DNA from: Daphnia carinata | Lineage: Eukaryota | Direction: 5' to 3' | Assembly: GCF_022539665.2 (NCBI RefSeq) | Contig: NC_081331.1 | Location: 14,322,001-14,382,998 of the forward strand | Length of the DNA: 60,998 bases | In this document: one piece after another, positions 13,863 to 26,049 of the stretch | Numbering within the stretch: position 1 is the first letter of the stretch | Layout of the letters: each line of letters opens with the position of its first letter | Notes under the pieces: generated by a model | Seen by the model: the letters and a program-made list of their open reading frames with translations, nothing else | The model's database searches: none | Told to the model about the DNA's origin: nothing | Program-made: the position numbers and the translations under genes

Positions 13863-16389
13863 ATGTTAACTAGAAGAGATTGGCCGATCTTTATCCTGCT
13901 GTCTTCGCTGTTTTGCATATCTTTTGCTGCAGAACAAGCTGAATTCATACCAAACGACGGTGGTAAGTCTCAATATTTAAAAGTTGGCTTTTCAAGGTTG
14001 GGAATGTCATAAAAAAGATAAACGTGTTGACTAACCTAGAGAAAGTGCACAGTGCCCTTTCAGCTTTCCCCTCTTCGCACTGACGAGGACAAAAAAAAGC
14101 AGGAAAAGAAGTCAAGGTCCAATGGTCATGACTGTACATGCAGCATTTCACTGGGTTATTTAACTATTTTTTTCCTCATCCAAGCCCATTCCTGAAATGC
14201 AACACAAATCAAATTTGATGTCAATAACATACTAACGATATTATCGCGTTGACAGATATACAAGTGGTGGATGGAAGAGGTGGAAACTACAAATTCATTG
14301 AAGAAGATGAAGTGATAATCCTGACGAGGGAAAATTTCCACTATTTCATCATGTCAAGGCCCACGGTCCTCGTCGAATTCTATGCTCCATGGTAATTGGA
14401 TTATGGCTGAACGATTACCTAAGTTTCACGTCTCCTTGTTACGGCAACAGGTGTGGACATTGCAAGGATTTGGTTCCAGAATATTCGAAAGCTGCGGAGA
14501 CACTCAAGAAAGAAAATATTCCATTAGCCAAAGTTGATGCAACGAAAGAGGGTGAACTGGCAGTGGAATTTATGATCAGCGGTATACCATGTCAGGAATG
14601 ATTGGATTTATCACATTCTTAACTTACTTTGTCCCTGTTAGGTTATCCAAGCTTAATCTTATTCCGTGATGGCAAGAAAATCGACCAATACCAAGGAGAA
14701 CGCAATGCGTTCGGTACAACCACAAACTTTGATTCACTAATACCCAAGGATTAATCAAAGTAATTTTTTAAAACAGCAATTATTGACTACATGAGGGAGA
14801 AAACTGATCCCAACTGGAAACCTCCATTGCCTCCCGTTATTGAACTCACGTCAGAAAATTTCGAAAAAACCGTTACCGATTCCAAGCTGATTCTCGTCCA
14901 ATTTTACGCTCCTTATTGCAGCCATTGCAAACAGGTACATAATCACTTTAAATTGAATAGTGGAAACGCAAATTCACCTTAAATTATCAGATGCAACCAG
15001 AATACGAAGCAGCTGCTAGATCCTTGTTGGAATACGGCATTCCTCTGGCTAAGGTAGATGGTACAAGCGAGAAGGCTTTGACCGATAGTTTCCAAATCAC
15101 TGGCTACCCACAAATGCGTGTCTTCCGAAAAGGACGTGTGTTCGAGTACAAAGGACCGAGAGAACATCGAGGTATCGTTGATCACATGAAGGAACTTGCA
15201 CGTCCAGCCTCCAAGCTCGTTAATTCATTGGGTGAACTTAAAAGTGAGATGGATCGCACTGAAGCCACTGTTGTAGGCTTCTTTTCTTCTAAATCGCCTC
15301 TTTATGAAGAGTACATGGCAGCATCTGAAGAATTAAGAGGTTAGTATGATTAATGTATGTTAATGCGAAATTCTAACAATAAATATTGGTTCACAGGTAT
15401 TTTAACATGTCTACATACCTTCGAGAAAGATGTTGCATCCCATTACAAAGTTATTCCTGATTCGATCGTCGTCTATCAGCCAGAAATTTTTCATTCTGAA
15501 TACGAGAAATCATCACATGAATTTCTTCAATTAAAAGCCAGGGGTAATGCCAAAGACATTGTGAATTTCGTCAAAGAGAAAAGCGTGCCATTAGTGGGTC
15601 AACGTACAAAACGCAATGAGGCGTTTCAAATATTCCACCAAACCATTGATTGTCGTCTATTACGATGTTAATTTCGACCATCAATATGTCAAGGATACGC
15701 AGTTCATTCGTAAAAAGGTCCTGGAAGTGGCAAAAATATTTCAAAATAGTAATGCAAAATTTGCCATCAGCAACGAAGATGAGTACCTTGATGAACTGCG
15801 AAGTCTCAACTTAGCTGACGTTAACGAAGATATTAAAGTGGCAGCATTCGATGGCCAGAAATTCAGGATGGAACCTATGGACGAATTTGATCCACAAGAA
15901 GTTAAAAAATTTATTGACTCATTATCAAGTGGCAAAGGCAAACCGTATTACAAATCCCAGCCAGTGCCAAAAGTCCAAGAGGGTCCCGTCCTGAACGTCG
16001 TTGCCAACTCATTCGCCGAAGAAGTTCTTCAGCCCAAAAAAGACGTTCTCATTGAATTTTATGCTCCTTGGTGCGGCCACTGCAAAGCCCTGGAACCTGA
16101 ATACAAGAAATTGGCCAAAAAGATGAAGAAAGCCAATCCAAATTTAATTGTGGCAAAAATGGACGCGACGGCCAATGATCTCCATCCTATATTCGGCCAG
16201 ATAAAAGGCTATCCTACCATCTTCTTCTTGCCAGTTGCTCATAAACAAGAGCCGGTTCCATATACAGGAGGGGATTTTACTTATAAATCGTTAAAAACGT
16301 TTGTCGATCAGCAGTCCAGCGTCATTCTAACTGACGAAGAAAGAATGGGTTTACCTTCGATAGAAAAACGCGAAGTTGATGAGCTATGA
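13863..16389 (+). CDS. PDIA4: Protein disulfide-isomerase A4 (ERp72), three thioredoxin active-site domains; one apparent 1-nt frameshift at ~15625
   Basis: Signal peptide exon [24 protein letters not shown]. Active sites FYAPWCGHC (split by an intron, ~14390/14450), FYAPYCSHC (14914-14928) and FYAPWCGHC (~16060-16083). b/b' domains present; C-terminal ER-retention-like VDEL*. Confidence 0.92.
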
Positions 16390-17140
16390 ATCTAATTGAT
16401 TATTGTTATCTCTTGCCTTGTATGTTTGTTGTTATTAATCTTAAGATGTAAACGAATGTGTGAACGACCAATCGAAAATTGTTACGAATAAAAATAATAA
16501 CAAGACAGAATCTCTGCAAAGGCCAGTTTGAATAGTACTTACAGAATCGCATAATCCTGACTGCCAAGAGCTCCTGGCGTCGTACATACACCTTGAGTCG
16601 CTTGTTAATTTCAATTCCTTCTTCTTTTAAATGGATTCCAGATGATAATGATCCGCTGATGCGAAAAATATAAAACAAATAGAAAAAGACTTATATTTAC
16701 CGCGTCAGTTCAATATTCAGAATGATTGTATCTTGCTTAACGATAAAAGATGACAACTTACATTAAAGATGACGAGATTCCATAACATTTAACTGCCCAA
16801 TTGAAATAACTCATTAGATGGCCAATTTTCTCGTAGGATACTTCGATAAGGCCGGCTGGTTCTTCTTGCTTTTAGATAGCTTTCTAGCAAATGAACGGGA
16901 AAGCCTGCTATGATAACTTGATTTCCTCCAAAATGCGATTCATATAATCTTGTATGGTTTATATTCCATGTAACGGCTGAAATCTGTTAGCAATTTGGTC
17001 CATGAAATTGAACCGTATTGTCCTCCCACTTGGCAAATGATGGATCTTTTTTTTATATTGCAAATCTCATAAGAATTTTGCTTAGCCCTCCCTCACTCTT
17101 AATTCACGTACACAGAGGAATTTTTTTTAGTATCTCATGG

Positions 17141-18078
17141 TTAATGTTTACCATGATTCTGTTTCTCTTCAGGTTTCGACAATCCGATAGCAGGCGATTC
17201 GATTTTGTGCCGAAACAAGTGGTCCTGCAGGGTATTATAAAGCTGTAATTTGGCTGGCAAAAGATCGGCTTTCATACGATCAGATACTTCTTGTACTTCA
17301 GAATTCGACAAAGAAGTTCTTTCGATTCTCTGGAGTTCCTTATCTACCAAAGTTTTTGAATATAGCTGCTGCTGATCTTTTAGGCATGACGCCTTGCTCT
17401 TATTTACTTTAGCCTTAAGATCAGCCAGTTGACGCTGGAGATTATTTGCACGACTAATGGCATGGCCACTTGTCAAAGTCAGAGCTTGAATCAAGTTTGT
17501 TTGCTTTGAAGTCCGTCGTTTTTCAGCATGTAGATGTCGCCGCAGATCTGCAATGATTGCTTCTAGATTACTTTGCTTATTGCTGTAGACATTATGTAGG
17601 TCTGACAAGGTTCTAATAAACATTATTTGTTCTCTGGCAGATTTTTCTTTTTCGAGTTTGAGTTCTTCACTTAATTCTGCGAATGAGACTTCTAATTCCA
17701 GGAACTTGTTCTCAACAGCTTTTACTGTTTTTGATTTTTCAGTATTAATTGTGTCATGATCAGCTAGGATATTTCCTTCCATTTTTTCTGTCTTTTGCAT
17801 CAGCTGTAAAATTAACAAGATAAAAATTGGCAACTGAGCTACGAAATAAACAACTGTAATACCTTATACTGAGTTAAATTGTTCTCAGAACAGAAAAGAC
17901 TAATCTCTGGTTTCACATCCTTATGTAGGGGTCGAACCAACACAGAATGAGATTCTAATAAGCTGATGAATCCAGATGGAGAGGAGATGTAAAATCCTAA
18001 GGACCACAGTTCGGAAAATATTGAACAAATGGAAATGCATGCTAAAAAGAATATCTGGACAGTTGTCAACCAGTTGCA
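17141..18078 (-). CDS. Uncharacterised protein with N-terminal hydrophobic segment and long coiled coil; both gene ends uncertain
   Basis: Exon ~17863-18080 (CNWLTTVQIFFLACISICSIFSELWSLGFY...QYK|gt) splices in frame to an exon from ~17804 (LMQKTEKME...), which is a heptad-rich E/K/L/Q segment of ~215 aa. The first and last exons could not be resolved. Confidence 0.55.
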
Positions 18079-18517
18079 TCTGGGAATAGATTGATACTAT
18101 TCATAAAATTAAAAAAATTTAACAAACTTCATAAGATGCTTCTCCTACAAGAAATAAATTTCATGTTTCAATTACATTATTTTCGAATTTAAATGTTTAT
18201 ACTTTAACATATTTAAGAATAGAATATAATTTGGATGTCTTGACCATGCTTGTGTCACTAGCAGGTTAAGACACAGGCCATACAGGAATTAGTCACTAAT
18301 ATTTTAATCTTTTGACATGCAGACTCTAAGTTTAAAAAAACTGTTAAATTTAGGATAACGTACCGTCATGGAACAACAGATTTCATATCTTCCAGTGAAA
18401 TTGGAATTAAGAATAAATGAACACCTGAAAGACGATAACCGTTGGAAGGAACAAAGAATTGCAGCCTGAACAAAATACAAAACCTATTCTGAACGTTGCC
18501 AAATTTAATAAATCGAC

Positions 18518-19044
18518 CATGGGATAATGGTGAAACCGTATCTCCAATGAAGCCTGTTTTCAAGGGGTGGGCGTGGCCTAACTGAGGAGACTTATAGCCA
18601 ACGCCACCATTACTTAGGAATCGCCAACCACTGAATGGCAAAGGAGGAGATATACTAGTGTCGCGTTAGCGAAACATCTGCAAGTGCAATGGTCTAGTGG
18701 ACAGAGCATTCCATTATTACACGGGAGTCTCGAGTTCGAATCCAGTATAAAATTTTCTTTTTTCTCCTTTCCTAATGTAAAATGGCTAAAGTTTTGTTGA
18801 TTTTTATTTTGTTAAGAAGCGACAAGTATAAATAAGATTTTTTTCCACTTTTTCCACATTCTATTAATGGGACATGTCCCCTTGTTTGGACTTAGAAAAT
18901 TTTTCAAGTAGGCGCAGCCTTTACTTTGTACTTCAATATCGGCCACTAAGCGTCTCTCACTATAGGTAACCTAGACCCCAAATAGCCTTCAGCCGAGATA
19001 GGCTGTTATAACGAAGAGTTGTTTCACCATCCTTTTACACCATG
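18518..19044. mobile_element. Non-autonomous DNA transposon (MITE-like, possibly P superfamily), 527 bp
   Basis: Imperfect terminal inverted repeats: left CATGGGATAATGGTGAAAC; right end reverse-complemented CATGGTGTAAAAGGATGGTGAAAC. A perfect 7-bp target-site duplication AATCGAC lies at 18511-18517 and 19045-19051. No transposase ORF. Confidence 0.7.
18683..18750 (+). pseudogene. Degenerate tRNA-like / SINE-head Pol III cassette inside the TIR element
   Basis: A-box TGGTCTAGTGG (18690-18700) and B-box GTTCGAATCC (18734-18743) at tRNA spacing, followed by T-runs from ~18753. The acceptor and T stems do not pair properly. Confidence 0.55.
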
Positions 19045-19438
19045 AATCGACTGACCTATTCTGAACGTTGCCAAATTTAATAAATCGACTGACTTATTCT
19101 GAACGTTGCCAAATTTAATAAATCGACTGAGATGCGACAATGGTCAGCTAGCAGCCGCCCCACATCAAAGTTGATGAATGAATGCGAAACCACTGACCAA
19201 TGAAACTTATTTAATAATTAAATAAAGAAAGAATTGCCATGTCACTGTTTAGTCAGATTTTTTTTGACGAAAAACTGCAGAATTTCTTTTAATTAAAAAG
19301 TGGAAGTTGGAATTTACTTGTGGCTGCCAACAACATTTAATGGCGTTTTTAGGCAGTCATCCAACTCATAGACTATTTGAAGCATAGGTAGGGAAGAATG
19401 AATCAATTAATGCGATTTTTGAGAGCTGATTCGAGATG

Positions 19439-21491
19439 TTATGTCATTAACGATAACGCAAACGCTTCATCCTCTGGGTACAGTGTCATCAATTCAATAT
19501 TGGGGATGTAGCGACGACCGTCATACCGCTTAAAATATATCCCAATATTCGGGTGGTCAACGATGTTTGATCCGGTGGTCAGGAGATTTAATGTTTCTTG
19601 AAATCGTTTTAGAAAATTAAAAAATGTGCCCGATATTATAGGACATTTGCAATAATAAAATTTAATAAAAGATGGAATTAATCGCTGTAATCGTTTCATT
19701 TTAATGTCAAATAGTAATTACCTTCAGGAACAAGGGAAGAATCACCGCCGTCGAAGAGAACGTTATAGCGTGTTCTATTTTTACCATTATTTGTCCACCA
19801 GATGATGACGCAAAATACAGGAGATGTGTTAGTGCTGCTTTTGTATGCCATAACAAGGCCCACAGCATATTTAATGCAAGGCAATCGAAACTGGACATTT
19901 CTCTGATGACAAAAAGTGGGAAAAAGCATGCTAAATCATTTATCTAGGTAAAAAATAGAATGGGAACTACCTTCCTCACGATAGCCTGTTCTTTCGCTTT
20001 GATGACACAATTTTCCATTAGACGATTGCAGCGAACGTTGTCAATCTAACATTATAAAAGTAAAGAGTCACACTGTCACCGCGTGCTTTATGTGCTTAGC
20101 CAACTATACCCTCTGAAGAATTTGAATGGCGTCGTCCAGTGGCATGTCCAGATCTATGCACAGGTGGGCGTAGAAAGCGGCCTTCTGGATTTGTTTGGAA
20201 GAGACGGCGTATGCTAATCGAGAAAAGCTCAGTTCGTTCTGTCTCCTAAGACGAGATAACGTTCTGAAGTCTTCTCTCCTACTAGCTCTTATACTGTGCA
20301 TTCTGATGAAACGCATGTATTCCACCATACGCAGCAAAAAATTCTCAGCTGAAATCAATGGGTACGTTGCCGGGTTATGATGTCGCATCACCCCACCATT
20401 CGGGGCATCAATCAAACAATTATTTTCATCAGTTCCTTGATTTAAACTAACGAGGAAAACCGAGAACAAAATTAGATTTTAAAATGCAGAACTAATAAAT
20501 TTATGAAATTTACTTTGAGTTTTCACGCCACCTGAGAAGAAATCTATGTGAATGAAAATCGGGCCTTGTGGTAACAGCTATAACAGGCTCGCAATCAATT
20601 CCCATCCTTAAAGCCACCTCTCGATAAATTATGCAAAGTGTCATAGGAAAACCTGCTTTTGATTCAAGAACCTTTAATAAATATTTTATTATTAATGTTC
20701 TGAACATACGAAATGAAATCTGAGATCACCTTGTCAATGAACACATTCTCTAATGTGTGATTTGACTGCATTACTTTAAATCTCATTTCCTCATATAAGA
20801 CTTCATTTATGCAGTGAAGGACTTTTTCAGCTGTGCCTGTAGTGATATTTAGTGGGTCTGCAATGTTATGCCTGTCCACAAGAAGTTCTTTGACCTGATT
20901 GCTGATTTCACTTAGTCTTTGTTTAACATTGGATAAACTAATTGGGTTTGCTTCTTCTGCTTGTGCCCATTGACAAATTAGAACAGCACCCTCCAAGAGG
21001 GATGTCTTGGATTCAGGTAAGCCCATCAGCTCTCCCAGCTTCTTTTCTATCTTCTGGTACCTTAAAGATTTCAGTACTTTACGGGCATAGAATCGGGAGG
21101 TCATATTTTCATTCCTGATTTTTAAAAAATAAATAAGTTATTGTTATTATTAATATAATTTGTTGTGAGATGAACTTCCTGGTTACTCACAATCTATCAC
21201 TGAATACATGATTTTGTAACACATTTTCAATTCCTTTTAGTGATGGATATTTATCACAATTGAAATTTTGTGCGTCTGTGATTGATGGCTCACCTACTGG
21301 GAAACACTTAGATGATAGGCTTAATAGCATATCCTTTACTTTTACTTCCAACTTCCATAAATTGTTACAGTATTTAATAATTCTGTGGAATCGATGGCAT
21401 GTTAGCATTATGTTATGCAAGTCTCGTATGTCGTAATTGATGTGAATACACAGCACAGAACTTCATCGGAAAAAGAAAGAATATTGGCCAT
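19439..21491 (-). CDS. FBXO21: F-box only protein 21-like (F-box, transglutaminase-like/SirB1 core, C-terminal YccV-like domain); frameshift within the F-box exon
   Basis: MANILSFSDEVLCCVF / DIRDLHNIMLTCHRF (F-box, split across two frames); LLEGAVLICQWAQ; VLHCINEVLYEEMRF; IDKVLESKAGFPMTLCIIYREVALRMGI..FLLRW; YccV-like IKYAVGLVM..VIIWW..YNVLFDGG..HPNIGIYFKRYDGRRYIPNIELMTLYPED. The downstream exons join in frame. Confidence 0.8.
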
Positions 21492-21935
21492 TGCTTTAAT
21501 GTCCCTTTTCAAGGTCCACACAACACGATGGCATAAATTAGTTTACCAGTTCGTTTACAGTTTACAATATCTGTGTTTTAACTTGTCTTTCCCTTTTGAT
21601 TGTCAGAATTTTGATTTGGCAGTCGTCTGATAGCAATTAAGTTGCCAGATCGGTAATCCTAACAAAGTTTGCACATGGTGTATAGTATACGCTAACACAC
21701 TATCATTCAAATTCTTCGTTTAAACTAAAGTGTCTCATCTCTCATGGCTTTAATATTTTACCACGTATTTTACGATTTCATAATTAACCATTTTTGTTTG
21801 TTGCGTCAGTTGGATCTGAATACACTTATGCTAGAAAACGTGTGTAACTGAACCATTATTATCGAAATATACCGATCAACACTATATATAAGTGTAATCT
21901 ACAGACAGAAAATTACAAGTTTGCAATTCTTTTCA

Positions 21936-21946
21936 GCCGCCATCTT
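21936..21946 (-). promoter_or_regulatory. YY1/Pho-type motif AAGATGGCGGC upstream of the FBXO21-like gene
   Basis: Exact match to the YY1 consensus, ~450 bp upstream of the ATG on the gene strand. Function is inferred only. Confidence 0.35.
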
Positions 21947-23257
21947 GCCCTTCTACCTGATGTTCAGTGTTTAGAAATAGCAACAACTCTACGTCATTTG
22001 CAAAATATCATAAAAGTGGAGGATTTAACGTCATCCTATTTGTTTGATCCTCGCGTAGATTCAAAACTTTAACGTGGCAATCTAAATTCATTTAATTCTG
22101 CATGGCGAATTTGGATGCATTACGAACAAAGATCGCGAATTTTCAGGCCTTTTTGCTCATAGAAGATGTGGCATTGTTATTTTCTTGGAGCAATGGGCCT
22201 TGAAATCAACCTGCCGAATAATATTCATTTTGGCCAACTACCAGATTGTCGCTTATTGCAGTGTGTTCGAGTTTTAAGTCAAGAAAAGATGAGTTGACGT
22301 TTTGAATCGTTTTCTTTTTCTGAGCAAGGATATCGCGAGATGCCACGACCGTCGTTTGCCGGCTCAGCAGTGCCCGACGTCTCATCAGCAAGTCGCGAGG
22401 GGCCAATTTGGCAACTAGATTTCTGTTTGTTTTTGTTTCTTTTTTTCATATTTCTCTTTACCTTTTTTTTTTCTTTACATGATGTTTGTTGTATGCCTTA
22501 TTTATTTTGTAAGTTGGCCGTGAAAGTCACTTTTGAATTACTATATAGGTGGGATGGGCGGTCACGAGGATCAGAGGAACTGGTGAAACACTTAGGAAAG
22601 CTATTGTTGTAAAAAAAGAACTGCTTGTTTAGCCATATAAATTTTAATGTTTGAAAAATATCCGCAAATAGAATTCAAAATAGGAAGAAACTGGATTTGA
22701 AACAATTTTCTAGATCGATTATTTACGTCTAAACACTGAATGATGACCAAAAAGAGTTATCACGATCAAAGCTTTGTTGTTTCTATCGAACTTGAGGTGG
22801 GCAATACTTAACAAAGAATGTTCTCGCAAAAGACGAGGAGCACGAGTTATATGCAATGACGCCTGAGACAAGAAAAAAAAAAGAGTTAGAAAATGTGTGT
22901 GTAGAGAAGGAGGCGAACGTTTTGCCCCTTTTGCTGATGTAGGCTATACTAACCCATTGTCATCGTTGGCAGAAGTATATGACTATGGCAAACGGACACG
23001 GTTTTTCGTCCTGGCGGCCAGTTAGCATCCGCTCGTAGCTCAGTTGTTATCAGTCCACCTGGTCGTCGTCATCCTGCCAGTGGCTTTTGATCAACTTTAG
23101 AATTGTGCTAACCGTACCGTATAATTAACACTTACACATTTGACGAGATCGATTAAAAACCTGGTCTCATCTACGTCTTCCCAATAGAATTTCGACATTC
23201 TTTGTCTAATCACCCGAGTTTAAAGACACTTGGAAAGGAACACTAAACTCTTCAACT

Positions 23258-24845
23258 ATGGTAAGCGATTAAAACTATTGTTCAAAATGCCTCAATATTT
23301 TGATTTGCATGCTAATACATTTTTTTTACCCAATTTGACATGGATTGGACTATCACAATGATATGATAAGTCTAGTGTAGTTTTCACATAGAGACTAACA
23401 AAGAATCTATTGTCAGCCACTCAATCAATTGCGTCATTTGATCTCCTCATAATACATATGTAACAAAATCCTTATTAGGCGCTGCTTACTCATCGAACGT
23501 TGACGAGATAGACGTATAGATCTATACCTTTAATGTGTGTTGTATTGCCAAGTCACGCGGTCGTTGTATTGCAGTCACAGCTGAATTCGAACGGACAAGA
23601 AAAAATAAACAGACGACAGACTCATTTGCTGTCGTCTGTCGTCTGCTTTCTTGGTCAGTTAACCTTTTCTTTGGTTTCACTTGTCGGCCATCCCTCCTCA
23701 ACCATTGGCTGTTGGAACCTTGGAAACGATTTACTAGCTTGGTCGAAATTCCAACGTTTGCGGGACGTTACGGGTGGTATAGTATTGTGGTAGTAGAACC
23801 TATATTTACACAACCTACGTAGACGGACACAAAAAAGGAAGGCGATCAGAGGGCGACCAAATAAGTTTTGAATTACTGCTGGCGTGTCATTTGGCAAAGT
23901 CAAACAATACTCGTTTAGCTTGTCAATGTTTCTATTGTTATATGCATCTTCTGCATACCCCGTGTTTGTTTCTGTCGTCATTTCTATGAATAGGTGCATG
24001 TCCTTCATCAACCCTCGTATCACTACAGCACCATAGTGCCAATAATGTATTTACCTGTATAAGGAAATGAAGAAGCAGGATCCATTAATTATTTGTTTGA
24101 ATATTCTTTGTTATCGCTAATGGAAAATGACGGTCACGTTCGTCTTCTCAGGATCCCGAAGAAGAGAGAAAACACAGTAAGTCAATTTCGAAATCAAATG
24201 CCATCGATAAAAATTCAAATATCTCATTGACATTTAGTGATGCTGAAGGCTTTCCAGACGTTCGATTCGGACAAGAAAGGCTACATCGAATCCAGTAAAG
24301 TGAGCACAATTCTGCAGATGATGAATTTGAATTTCGACAAGGAAGAGCTGGCCAGGTCCCTCATCGAACACGATCCGAAAAGTATTAATCTACTTATATC
24401 ATTTCGTCCGATCCATAAAAATCTTCTCGTGTTCTCCAACAGATTCAGGCAAGATCAATTTCGACGGATTCGCTGCAATTGCTTCCGACATTCTGGATGA
24501 AGAGGATGATGAAGCCATGCAAAAGGAACTGAGGGACGCTTTCCGATTGTACGATAAAGAAGGTAAACAATCATCATCTTCTAGTGTTACACCTGTCTAT
24601 AATGTAAGATTGCAGGAAACGGCTACATCACAACTCAAACGCTAAAAGACATTCTTGCTCAAATTGACGACAAACTGACGAGTGACGATTTGGATGGAAT
24701 GATTGAAGAAATCGACATTGACGGAACGGGCAGAATTGACGTTGAAGGTTGGATTGATAAACATTCCATCTATTCTTTCTTAATTTCAGTCAGGTATGTT
24801 GGATTATATTTATTCGTAGGTTTCGTGAACATGATGTGCAGCTAG
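23258..24845 (+). CDS. TpnC: Troponin C (arthropod type, four EF-hand folds)
   Basis: ATG-only first coding exon (23258-23260|gtaagc), typical of calmodulin/TnC genes. Further exons ~24152-24176, 24238-24381, 24443-24562, 24617-24747 and 24820-24845 give [26 protein letters not shown]...[73 protein letters not shown]. Confidence 0.9.
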
Positions 24846-26049
24846 CGTGTCATCACGCCGTCATCTAGAATAAACCAGCAGGTGTTTTTATAAATAAAGT
24901 TTTGATCAATTGACAGAAACTAATAATTATTTTGTTTGAACAGTTGAAGCTATGTTTACTATCTGGTGCTGCTGAGCGTGGAAATGTTTGATGTGTAATC
25001 GTGGGAGGCGGTCAAACAAATCAAGATGCTTAAAATCATTCATTCACCTACCAACTAACATTATCATATTCTCTGCTGCATCTATCACAAAGACCGTTGT
25101 CAACAAATAATGGGGAAAATTTCAAATCATTTCAGATTCTTATCAATTGTACAACAATCGGAGAATGTGCTGCTGTGTAGTTGGCAATGTTAAAAATAAT
25201 TTCACGTTCCGCATCATTGATTTGTCGTTTGGTTATATGGATCGATTTAGGCTATCAATCGAGTGTATAACGCCAAGTGTGCCAACATGGGTAGATTCAA
25301 ACAAAAAACAATTATAAAATACACGCTGCTGATGTGCAGCACGCTTGTGCAATAACCCCGTCTTCATTTGTTTTTCATTCCCTATAACCAAGCCATTTAC
25401 TTTCGCCGTGACCTTCACTCCTTTCTTAAATTAGATAAAAGCAAGACGAGGTTTCGTTTGCCGTCCACTTTAATTGGATTACATACTGCCGGATATAGTG
25501 TTACCGTTCAGGGTGACGAAACACGTCATCAGCAAATGGAATTATTGTTTGCCTAGTTCGATAAAGTATATCCTGTATGCACCGGGTCTCAGCATAGCTT
25601 AGTAGTCACGACTGCTGGCTCGGTTTGTCGGGTAAAACCAGGTAAAACACGTTTTATGTAGTTTGGGTTTGGCATGTCATGTATAAGGAAATATTGGGAA
25701 AGTGGGGCCATTTTGTTTGGTTGTTCTCTTTACTTATTCAGTTAAACCAGAAATGAACAACTGTGATGAATACGTGAAACGTGTGTCTTCTTTCTTTTTC
25801 CAAAAGCTGTTGAAATGACGTGGGAAATATGATGCACAAGTACAAAGGACATAATCAACACAGCAAAAGACGATTGTGATGAATCAATGAAACACATTTA
25901 GTATTAAGACATTTGCTGCATTAAAGGGACGAGCATGACAAAAACACAATGAACTGGTAATATATATAAATTTAAATAGGTATATATAATCAGCTGTTCC
26001 GTGTTCTTTATTTTTCAAATGGCAGCATACGTTAAGTCGTTTTTCAAAG

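Larger units (their letters stand above)
18482..19130. repeat. Three copies of a 38-bp tandem repeat (ACCTATTCTGAACGTTGCCAAATTTAATAAATCGACTG); the first copy is interrupted by an insertion
   Basis: Copies at 18482-18517, ~19054-19091 and ~19092-19129, near-identical. Confidence 0.9.

Noticed and set aside
18482..19130. Three 36-38 bp direct repeats as a mini-CRISPR
   Set aside because: Two copies are directly adjacent and the long 'spacer' is a TIR/TSD-bounded insertion. No cas genes.
23655..24023. 122-aa antisense ORF nested in troponin C intron 1
   Set aside because: Non-ATG start, no recognisable domain, no supporting splice structure; consistent with a chance ORF.
24785..24799. ttcag-TCAG-gtatgt as a 4-nt microexon in troponin C
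   Set aside because: It would need flanking introns of ~42 and ~26 nt, below the local intron size, and would shift the frame.
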